Source: an uncultured Desulfospira sp.
GTDB taxonomy: Bacteria; Desulfobacterota; Desulfobacteria; Desulfobacterales; Desulfobacteraceae
Assembly: GCA_963663165.1 (NCBI GenBank)
Contig: OY760175.1
Span: 1,472,001 to 1,536,000, forward strand
Length of the DNA stretch: 64,000 bases
Direction of reading: 5' to 3'
Shown: piece after piece, positions 50,848 through 58,370 of the stretch
Position numbering within the stretch: the stretch's first letter is position 1
Layout: every line of letters begins with the position of its first letter
The notes under the pieces: model-generated
The model's input: the letters and a program-made list of their open reading frames with translations, nothing else
Told to the model about the DNA's origin: nothing
The model's database searches: none
Made by a program: the position numbers and the translations under genes

Positions 50848-51035
50848 TCATATAACGGCCACGGGCCGCCTTGGTTATCCAACCAAGAACCGCCCACAAC
50901 GAATAATGAAAGTCTTCTCAGGACGTTAGTGAGACTTTCATATAACGGCCACGGGCCGCTTTGGTTATCCAACCAAGAGCCGCCCACAACAAATATTGAA
51001 AGTCTTTTCAGGACCTTAGTGAGACTTTCATATAA
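50848..51035. repeat. Tandem 90-bp direct repeat (2 units plus a few bases) with internal hairpins
   Basis: TCATATAACGGCCACGGGCCG... at 50848 and 50938, TCATATAA again at 51028. Confidence 0.9.
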
Positions 51036-51067
51036 AAAAAGGCGGGCACATTTTTGTGCCCGCCTTT
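51034..51067 (-). terminator. Terminator downstream of acyl-CoA dehydrogenase (likely bidirectional)
   Basis: AAAGGCGGGCACA..TGTGCCCGCCTTT. Confidence 0.8.
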
Positions 51068-51084
51068 AAGCTAATGGCTAACGG

Positions 51085-52896
51085 CTACCCCATAAACGCC
51101 TCATCCGGCATGTCCATGATGGCCGGAATATTGGTCTTCAGGGCCTCCATTTTGCCCAGGGTGGCGGGCAGAATCCAGTTGATAAAGTACTCGGCCGTCT
51201 TGACCTGTCCCTGATAAAATGCCAGATCTTTTTTCTTTGCCTTTTCAATCTTGGGCTGGGCCACCACGGCCCGCCACAGTTCCATCCAGGCCATGCACAC
51301 GTCTCCGGTGACATCCAGGAAAGGATGGGCGATGGAAAAGGCATTGAGCACCTTTTCGGACATGGCGGTCATGCCCATGTGCATGGCCACTTCGCCCAGT
51401 TTGTTCACGGCCTGTTCCACCTTGGCGGCCAGGGGTTCCAGGGTCTCAATGGCCTTGGCTTGGGCAATGACCTGGTTCATCTCTCCCAGCAGGTCCATGA
51501 AGGGCTTGCCCTTTTTAAGGCCCAGTTTCCGGCCCAGAAGGTCCATGGCCTGGATCCCGTTGGTCCCTTCGTAAATGCTGGTGATCTTGCAGTCCCTGAG
51601 CAGCTGCTCCTGGGGATATTCCTGGGTAAAGCCGTAACCGCCGTAGATCTGGATGCCCTGGATGCAGACCTCAGCGGCTCGGTCCGTGCAGTAGGCCTTG
51701 GTGATGGGGGTTAAGAGTTCGATCAGGCCCTGCCATTTGTCTTTTTCCGCTTCATCTTCCGCTGTTAAGGCCCGGTCAAAACAAAAGGCGGTATAGTAGA
51801 CCAAAGACCGCATTCCGTCCACATTGGCTTTCATGGAAAGCAGCTGGCGCCGAACATCGGGATGGTTGATGATGGCAACGGGTTTGGGATCACTGTCAAA
51901 CATTTTCATTAAGTCCACCCCCTGGACCCGTTCCCTGGCATAGTTCACCGCATTGATATAAGAGCTGGTGGCAAAGGCAAACCCCTGGAGCCCAACCCCT
52001 AACCGGGCCTCGTTCATCATGACGAACATGGCCTTCATGCCCTTGTTTTCCTCACCCAGAAGTTCGCCAATACAGTTGCCCTTGGAGCCGAAAGAAAGGG
52101 AGGCCGTGGCATTGCCGTGGATCCCCATTTTTTCTTCAAGCCCTGTGCAGGCCACGTCATTGGGTTCGCCAAGGGAGCCGTCTGGGTTGACCCTGATTTT
52201 GGGAACCAGGAACAGGGAAATTCCTTTGGTTCCGGCCGGAGCGCCTTCAATCCTGGCCAGCACCGGATGAATAATGTTTTCGGTCAGGTTCTGTTCTCCG
52301 CCGGAGATAAAAATTTTATTGCCGGTGATGGTGTAGGTGCCGTCATCGTTCTTTTTGGCCGTGGTGGACAGATTGCCCACATCAGATCCGGCTTCCGGTT
52401 CGGTCAGGCACATGGTCCCGGCCCACTTGCCGGTATAAAGGTTCTCAAGATAGATTTTTTTCTGTTCCGGGGAGCCGAACTCCTCTACCAGCTTGCCGGC
52501 CCCGTGGGTCAACCCCGGATACATCTGGAAGGCGCAGTTGGCCCCCACGAACAGCTCGCCGGCTGCCGTGGCCAGAACCCTCGGCATGCCCTGGCCGCCG
52601 TATTCGGGATCATCGCACATGGCAATCCATTCGCCTTCACAATACAGTTCATAGGCTTTGCGAAAGGACTCGGGGATTTTAACCTCGCCCTTTTCCAGGG
52701 TGCAGCCCTGCTCGTCACCGTCCTTGTTGGTGGGCAGCAGCTCTTTGACGGCCAGGTTCCTGGCTTCAGAGACCACCATATCCATGGTTTTTTTGTTAAA
52801 GTCCTGAAACACTTCATGAGAGGACAGGCTTGATGCATCAAGCACCTCATGAAGAACAAATTCCTGATCCCGTCTGTCAGCGATGGATTGTGCCAT
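51085..52896 (-). CDS. Acyl-CoA dehydrogenase (long form)
   Basis: MCLTEPEAGSD, GNKIFISGG, EEKMGIHG, GGYGF, IYEGTNGIQA. Confidence 0.93.
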   Translation of the reverse strand: MAQSIADRRDQEFVLHEVLDASSLSSHEVFQDFNKKTMDMVVSEARNLAVKELLPTNKDGDEQGCTLEKGEVKIPESFRKAYELYCEGEWIAMCDDPEYGGQGMPRVLATAAGELFVGANCAFQMYPGLTHGAGKLVEEFGSPEQKKIYLENLYTGKWAGTMCLTEPEAGSDVGNLSTTAKKNDDGTYTITGNKIFISGGEQNLTENIIHPVLARIEGAPAGTKGISLFLVPKIRVNPDGSLGEPNDVACTGLEEKMGIHGNATASLSFGSKGNCIGELLGEENKGMKAMFVMMNEARLGVGLQGFAFATSSYINAVNYARERVQGVDLMKMFDSDPKPVAIINHPDVRRQLLSMKANVDGMRSLVYYTAFCFDRALTAEDEAEKDKWQGLIELLTPITKAYCTDRAAEVCIQGIQIYGGYGFTQEYPQEQLLRDCKITSIYEGTNGIQAMDLLGRKLGLKKGKPFMDLLGEMNQVIAQAKAIETLEPLAAKVEQAVNKLGEVAMHMGMTAMSEKVLNAFSIAHPFLDVTGDVCMAWMELWRAVVAQPKIEKAKKKDLAFYQGQVKTAEYFINWILPATLGKMEALKTNIPAIMDMPDEAFMG

Positions 52897-52908
52897 TGGT
52901 TTTCTCCT

Positions 52909-53541
52909 TTAATTTTTTTTATAGCTATTGGCGATGCCCTTGGTAAGCATTTCAAATATCATTAAAAGCCTCTGGTTGATCTGGCTTTCATCCTCTTCCC
53001 TGAACAGGGAGGCCCAGGCCGCCGAATGGGCGATATGGCTGAACAGCTCGGCCATGTCGGGTGCGGGATAATCCCTGATTTCCCCGGCCTCAATGCCCTG
53101 CTCCAGGATGTCCTGAAACAGGCTGACCATTTTTTCATTGAGCCGGTTGACCCGCTCATTGAGTTTGGGGATGGCCACCGCATCAATATTGGACCGCTCG
53201 GAAATATAGATCTTCACCACCTCCTGGTTGGCCCGGTAAAATTCAGACTGGGCTTTCATGCAGGCAAACAGCTTTGAGGGGGCATCCATATCCTTATTTT
53301 GCTTGATATCAACCATGATATGGCCCAGCTCATGAATCCGCTCAATGACCAGGTCATGGTACATTTCCTTTTTCCCCGGGAAATATTTGTAAATCGTTCC
53401 CAACGGATACTGGGAGGCTTTGGAGATCTGGACCATGGTGGTTCCGTGAAATCCCCTGGCCGCAAAGATCTGGCAGGCAGTTTTTAAAATTTCCTGCCGC
53501 TTTCTTAAATCGTCCCTCTCTTTTCTGGTCACCCGGCCCAT
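52909..53541 (-). CDS. TetR-family transcriptional regulator
   Basis: IFAARGFHGTTM..IS...GTIYKYFPGK HTH. Confidence 0.9.
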   Translation of the reverse strand: MGRVTRKERDDLRKRQEILKTACQIFAARGFHGTTMVQISKASQYPLGTIYKYFPGKKEMYHDLVIERIHELGHIMVDIKQNKDMDAPSKLFACMKAQSEFYRANQEVVKIYISERSNIDAVAIPKLNERVNRLNEKMVSLFQDILEQGIEAGEIRDYPAPDMAELFSHIAHSAAWASLFREEDESQINQRLLMIFEMLTKGIANSYKKN

Positions 53542-53561
53542 GCAAATCCTTGTTTCAAGAT

Positions 53562-53602
53562 TAGAATATATATTCTATAAACAGAAGTGATATTTTTGTC
53601 AA
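53562..53602 (-). promoter_or_regulatory. TetR promoter and operator
   Basis: Perfect palindrome TAGAATATATATTCTA (53562-53577) over the -10; TTGACA on the minus strand at 53602-53597. Confidence 0.65.
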
Positions 53603-53879
53603 GAAAATTTAGGGAATTAGAGCAGAGACTGAAGCAGGGGCAAATCCGGAAGCCACGGGGTTGTTCTTTATAACTGTCCGGCCAATGCTGAGAAGCAAAC
53701 CAAAATCAGGGACCGTAGCGGCTCTATATGCCCCGGTCGGCTGAGCCCCCCGATATGATGAACACCACGGTCATAAAACCCATGAAAGACAAATTCAAAT
53801 CAACACGAAGAAAAAAGCTTCAAAATCTGAGCTGTTTGAACGGGTATAAAGATAACCAACCTTACTGTGCTAAACCGCA

Positions 53880-53975
53880 TTTTTTGGGGTTAAAAAGGGT
53901 CGATTAAGGCCATAAAACCCCTTACTTTTATAACCTTTTCTCTATATTTCAAGCCGCTTAGCGCGGCCCGACCCC
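53880..53975 (-). repeat. Inverted, diverged partial copy (copy 0) of the cassette-array repeat
   Basis: Minus strand reads GGGGTCGGGCCGCGCTAA...GCCTTAATCGACCCTTTTTAACCCCAAAAAA, matching the first ~100 bp of copies 1-4. Confidence 0.8.
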
Positions 53976-54029
53976 CGCCGCCGACCGCCGAAAGCCAAAA
54001 GAAAAAAAGGGAAAAAAACCTCACACCAT

Positions 54030-54069
54030 TGTTACTTTTTTTTCATAATTGTATTACTTTTTTTTCACA
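54030..54069 (+). promoter_or_regulatory. Candidate enhancer sites for a sigma-54 activator (PrsR-type) upstream of the PEP-CTERM gene
   Basis: TGTTAC-T-run-CATA and TGTATTAC-T-run-CACA about 150-190 bp upstream of the sigma-54 box. Confidence 0.5.
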
Positions 54070-54217
54070 ATTTCTCCATATCTTTCGCAATCACAAATAA
54101 AAAATAAAAACTGAATGCTATTCATAATATTTTTTCTAATTTATTTATATTCAAAAACACCTGCCAATAAGCTTTTTCAAAATTATATTTCATTTCTCAT
54201 TCTCAAATTGTTGAAAT

Positions 54218-54233
54218 TGGCACGCCTCTTGCT
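54218..54233 (+). promoter_or_regulatory. Sigma-54 (-24/-12) promoter
   Basis: TGGCACGCCTCTTGCT fits TGGCAC-N5-TTGC. Confidence 0.85.
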
Positions 54234-54442
54234 AACTTTTATATTCAGTGAGTGCCTAAATACACGACCGTATTTTTAGAAAATTGGCATCATGAACGCT
54301 CACTATGTAAAATTTTCAGGGCAATATGCCTATCGCAGTCAAAATACTGCTGGAATCCCAATAGTATGTAGTGCGTTTGGGAAATAAGCCCTCGAGAATC
54401 AAACTTAATTTACGTTATTTTTCAAAAGGAGGAGGTTTGCAC

Positions 54443-55567
54443 ATGAAAAAAGGTTTATTAGTCTTCTTTACTTTAATTTTTTTAAGTTTCAGTTCAGCTT
54501 ACGCCACCACGTACAGCGAGGAATTAGCGGTTGTTAATGCGATAGCTCAGTATCTGGTGGATAATCAAAATAATGACGGTGGATGGGACTGGACACAGGC
54601 TGCTGATGGCTCTGGAGATACGAATTCCGACACTGGATCAACCCAGAACACGGCAGGTGCAACTGCCCGTGGCCTGGTTTCTGCGTATAATCTGACAGGA
54701 AATGTTGACTATCTAAATTCGGCTATTGCAACTGCAAACTACATTATAGAGAACCAGACGACTGTGGCTGGAGCGCATAAAGACTCTTTGTTTCTGTATG
54801 AACTTGATCAAACCCTTACAAATTCGGGACTTGATAATACATATAATGGAACAACTAAAACCTACGGGAAGTATGCCCAAGACGCTGTCTCCGATGCCAT
54901 AACTGCATTCACAACAACTGGAAAATATAAGACTTACTCATGGACAACTTCTGGAAAACTTTCAACTGATATTATCGCTGCTTTTAATGAAATGAGGGGA
55001 ACAGATACTGACACCTACGCCGCATTAACACTCTGGGAAGCAGGCGAGTGGGCACAGGCAATCTATACAATCTCTACTGACACGAATTATAAAACTGAAG
55101 CAATCGAACTTGCCAACACATTATTTGATTTAGCTATAGGAGACGATGGTCTTTTTAACACCACAGATGATGATTATCTTGGAGCATATGCAGATATGTA
55201 TGCGCTTGGGCTTTCAGGACTTCTTGAAGGCATGGCAACAGTAGGCTCCGATTTATCAGACATTGAAGCTCTTGTAGAATACCTTAGTTCATTAGGCACC
55301 TATGGAGATTATCAGGTAGCCGGATATTACGCTCTTGCAATGGAGTTGGCAGGAGAAATTGCTTTGGCTGAGGCTGCTGGTGTTGATATATATGATATCT
55401 ATGAGTCTTATGGATTAAACAATGGTTATAGTGCAATTTACGTGGAATGCCTGGGAGAAGCCCTTCATGGGCTATCAAGCAACATGGTTCCCGAGCCCGC
55501 CACTATGGCCCTTTTCGGACTCGGCCTTTTGGGAATTGCTGGCATTAGCAGAAGAAAAAACAGCTAA
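54443..55567 (+). CDS. PEP-CTERM surface protein
   Basis: Signal peptide MKKGLLVFF...AYA; C-terminal VPEPATMALFGLGLLGIAGISRRK; SD AGGAGGAGG; AT-rich coding sequence. Confidence 0.92.
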   Translation: MKKGLLVFFTLIFLSFSSAYATTYSEELAVVNAIAQYLVDNQNNDGGWDWTQAADGSGDTNSDTGSTQNTAGATARGLVSAYNLTGNVDYLNSAIATANYIIENQTTVAGAHKDSLFLYELDQTLTNSGLDNTYNGTTKTYGKYAQDAVSDAITAFTTTGKYKTYSWTTSGKLSTDIIAAFNEMRGTDTDTYAALTLWEAGEWAQAIYTISTDTNYKTEAIELANTLFDLAIGDDGLFNTTDDDYLGAYADMYALGLSGLLEGMATVGSDLSDIEALVEYLSSLGTYGDYQVAGYYALAMELAGEIALAEAAGVDIYDIYESYGLNNGYSAIYVECLGEALHGLSSNMVPEPATMALFGLGLLGIAGISRRKNS

Positions 55568-55631
55568 TTACGGGAATGAAATGTAAATTGAAATGGGTTT
55601 TGAATTGTTGTTGAAAATTGTGAAATGGGTT

Positions 55632-55865
55632 GAAATGGGGTCGGGCCACGCTAACCTATTTAAAATACAATGGATAGGCTTAATTTTTGACCCTATTTCC
55701 GCCTTAATCAGCCCTTTTTAGACCCAAAAACAAAGGATTAAGGGATCAAAAGCGAGGAACGCAAGTACCCCATACCCCACAGTACCCCGGCCCCCAAATC
55801 AGGGCCCGACAAAAACCAAAAGCCGGTCGAAATTTCCTTTTCGACCGGCTTTTGGTTTAATGCTC
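55632..55865 (+). repeat. Cassette-array repeat copy 1
   Basis: GAAATGGGGTCGGGCCACGCTAA ... TATTTCCGCCTTAATC ... CGGCCC..GGGCC ... hairpin AAAGCCGGTCGAAA..TTTCGACCGGCTTT. Confidence 0.95.
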
Positions 55866-55887
55866 CCCATAGCCTGGTAAACAGTTT

Positions 55888-55938
55888 TTAAGGTTTCAGG
55901 ATCTGCATAATGTTTCTGGCACCATGAAGTACTCTTTG
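55888..55938 (-). pseudogene. 3' remnant of a ParE/RelE-family toxin gene
   Basis: Minus strand translates QRVLHGARNIMQILKP*, resembling the RVLHGARD C-terminal signature of ParE-type toxins; cut off at repeat copy 2. Confidence 0.6.
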
Positions 55939-55939
55939 A

Positions 55940-56164
55940 GAAATGGGGTCGGGCCACGCTAACCTGTTTAAAATACATTAAATAGCCTTAATTTTTGGCC
56001 TTATTTCCGCCTTAATCAGCCCTTTTTAGGCCCAAAAACAAGGGTTAAGGATTTATAACAGGCGAACGTAAAAACCCCATAAACCCCCGGCCCAAATTAG
56101 AGCCGGACAAACCCCAAAGGCCGGTTGAAATTTTCTTTTCGACCGGCCTTTGGGGTTCATGCTC
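55940..56164 (+). repeat. Cassette-array repeat copy 2
   Basis: Same conserved blocks and terminal hairpin as copy 1. Confidence 0.95.
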
Positions 56165-56266
56165 TTTGCCGGTACTTGATTTCGGCCACCACAGCCGGTG
56201 TCCCAGCTATATCAATTGTTTTCATAACCTCTCTGGATAAAAACAATTCAATCCCTATAATTATCG

Positions 56267-56674
56267 TTACGCCTTCCGGGCATCAAGGGTCTTGACGTGG
56301 GGATATGCCAGGATTCTATTATCCGCCGTAATCAGCTGTAAATTATGCTTTCTGGCCGATGCCACAATAATCTGGTCAGCAGGATCTTTGTGAAACTCCC
56401 CGGGAAGGGTGTTGGCCTCAATGGAAATATCAATTGATAATGGTACAATCCTGATCCCTTTAGGATTAGCAGCAGCTGTCAGCCAGTCAGCCAGAGGCAA
56501 AGACAGACACAATTTTCCCAAAGAAACTTTCTTGGCAATTTCCCAAGGGGTAATGGCCGATATGGCGAGGTCTTCCGAGCTGGAACGGCGTAGAACATCG
56601 CTTATGTTTCCGGATAAATCACCCGAGGACTCAGCCATCCAGATCAGGACATGGGTATCAAGTAAATACGTCAT
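56267..56674 (-). CDS. PIN-domain toxin (VapC-like)
   Basis: YLLDTHVLIW, SAITPWEI, HKDPADQII, ITAD. Confidence 0.9.
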   Translation of the reverse strand: MTYLLDTHVLIWMAESSGDLSGNISDVLRRSSSEDLAISAITPWEIAKKVSLGKLCLSLPLADWLTAAANPKGIRIVPLSIDISIEANTLPGEFHKDPADQIIVASARKHNLQLITADNRILAYPHVKTLDARKA

Positions 56675-56909
56675 TTTCGGACGCTTCCCATTCATCGTCC
56701 CCCAGGGGAGAGTCAAAATCTTCTGCTATGTATGTAACGGTACCTGCCAGAGCTCCGAAAATTGGGTTTCCCCTTTTCTTTGGCGCAGGACAGGAAACAA
56801 CAGCCACAACTTTTCCCCGGTTCGTTACATGAATAGGTTGATCCAAATCCGGCAGCTTTCTTAAATATTCTGTGCATTTTGCTTTAAATTCAGTGACGGC
56901 GACCCGCAT
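56658..56909 (-). CDS. Phd/YefM-family antitoxin
   Basis: VTEFKAKC..L....TNRGKVVA; SD GAGGTG before MRVAV. Confidence 0.88.
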   Translation of the reverse strand: MRVAVTEFKAKCTEYLRKLPDLDQPIHVTNRGKVVAVVSCPAPKKRGNPIFGALAGTVTYIAEDFDSPLGDDEWEASENDVFT

Positions 56910-57063
56910 ATCACACCTCATTTTTAAACTATTTAACCATATTATATAGTCCCAAGGTCGATTTATCAAGACAGATTATACAACGGGTCCGTGTCGTTGT
57001 ACCAAACCGCCAATGCGGAAATGGGGTTTGGAAATTTGGAAATGGGGTTTGGAAATGGGGTTG

Positions 57064-57293
57064 GAAATGGGGTCGGGCCACGCTAACGTATTTAAAACAC
57101 AGTAAATAGCCTTAATTTTTGGCTTTATTTCCGCCTTAATCAATCCTTTTTAAGCCCAAAACAGGGATTAAGGGGGGGATGCCCGAACCAACGAGCTCAA
57201 ATACCACATAAAACCCCCGGCCCCCCAAATCAGGGCCGGACAAAAACCAAAGGCCGGTCGAAATTTTTTTTTCGCCCGGCCTTTTGGGTTCAT
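57064..57293 (+). repeat. Cassette-array repeat copy 3
   Basis: Same conserved blocks and terminal hairpin. Confidence 0.95.
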
Positions 57294-57348
57294 ATTTTAA
57301 GTTAGCAAGACTGGAAACCGGGAAATCGCCCCCGGAGTTGTTAACAGA

Positions 57349-57675
57349 TTATTCGCCGTACATGTCGGTTATCAGTTTCCTTAGTTGGGCTGTTTTGGTT
57401 TCAGACAGGCGGTCAATTCTATTTTTTAATCTTTGTTTGCTGATGGTGCGAATTTGATCAACGGCAATTTCAGCATCTTTCTGCGCGCATTTAATCTGTA
57501 ACCGGGTTCTCCATCTTGGATGAAGCTTTGAAGTCAATGGACAGATGACAATGGTTTCAAGGTATTGATTCATTTCATCACGGCTGACAACCACGACCGG
57601 CCGGACCTTTTTGATCTCACGGCCAAGGGTGGGGTCAAGATCGGCAAAATAGATATCATACCGTTTAATATCCAA
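57349..57675 (-). CDS. MazF/PemK-family toxin
   Basis: YFADLDPTLGREIKKVRPVVVVS, CPLTS, DQIRTISKQRL; probable TTG start overlapping the antitoxin (ATG 57684 is an alternative). Confidence 0.9.
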   Translation of the reverse strand: MDIKRYDIYFADLDPTLGREIKKVRPVVVVSRDEMNQYLETIVICPLTSKLHPRWRTRLQIKCAQKDAEIAVDQIRTISKQRLKNRIDRLSETKTAQLRKLITDMYGE

Positions 57676-57940
57676 AATCCTCATCCTCGAGTCCATCCGC
57701 CAGCGTTACATCAAACTCATCCCAATTTTCCTTTTCCCCGGCCATTTCTTTACACGTTTCCTCCCAGGACAGCTTGCCTTCCTCTTCTTTTTTCCGGAGA
57801 AGGAGTCCTTTATCGGTTTCTTCAAGCACCAGCATATTCATGAATCCATACTTTTGAATGATGTCCTTTGGGATACGGATTCCCCTTGAGTTTCCAATGG
57901 GAATGAGTTTAATGGTATTCACCCGCTTTGCTTTTTCCAT
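57665..57940 (-). CDS. AbrB/MazE-family antitoxin
   Basis: KLIPIGNSRGIRIPK. Confidence 0.9.
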   Translation of the reverse strand: MEKAKRVNTIKLIPIGNSRGIRIPKDIIQKYGFMNMLVLEETDKGLLLRKKEEEGKLSWEETCKEMAGEKENWDEFDVTLADGLEDEDFGY

Positions 57941-57967
57941 TTGAGCCCCTCTCTTTGATTGGATAGC

Positions 57968-58014
57968 GTAGTTACAGTAATTACAATAATAATGAAAATC
58001 ACAATCAGTGTCAA
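57968..58014 (-). promoter_or_regulatory. Promoter and operator carried inside the mazEF-like cassette
   Basis: Minus strand TTGACA-17 bp-TATTAT; palindrome GTAGTTACAGTAATTAC at 57968-57984. Confidence 0.65.
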
Positions 58015-58087
58015 TGCGTGGTCACCCAAAGCTTCAAAAGGGTTCAAGGAGTGGTGGCAAAGGCGTGAAATGGAAATGAAATGGTGT

Positions 58088-58306
58088 GAAATGGGGTCGG
58101 GCCACGCTAACCTATTTAAAATACAATAGATAGGCTTAATTTTTGACCCTATTTCCGCCTTAATCAGCCCTTTTCAGGCTCAAAAAACAGGAATTAAGGA
58201 TTAGCAAGCTCAAAGATGCTATAAATTCACCGGCCCCATATTAGGGCCCGACAAAAACCAAAGGCCGGTCGAAATTTTTTTTCGACCGGCCTTTGGGGTT
58301 CATGCT
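58088..58306 (+). repeat. Cassette-array repeat copy 4
   Basis: Same conserved blocks and terminal hairpin. Confidence 0.95.
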
Positions 58307-58370
58307 GTTTGTTTGTTGAGGTACTTTTGAAAAATGAGGTCTGCCTTGCCATGACAGGAACCCGATCAAA

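Noticed and set aside
50848..51035. Mini-CRISPR
   Set aside because: Units are near-identical along their whole 90 bp; there are no unique spacers.
50821..51069. 82-aa ORF with internal duplication
   Set aside because: Translation of the 90-bp tandem repeat; TTG start with no SD.
53635..53755. c-di-GMP-I (GEMM) riboswitch suggested by GGCAAA...GAAGCCACGGG
   Set aside because: The GNRA-capped stem and downstream pairing could not be built; an Infernal search would be needed.
55637..55654. Tn3-family inverted repeat (GGGGTC...CACGCTAA resemblance)
   Set aside because: The two motifs span only 18 bp rather than ~38 bp, most copies are direct rather than inverted, and no Tn3 transposase or resolvase is present.
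55632..58306. CRISPR array or classical integron interpretation of the repeats
   Set aside because: Repeats are ~230 bp with gene-sized spacers; no cas genes, no intI and no recognisable RYYYAAC...GTTRRRY attC boundaries.
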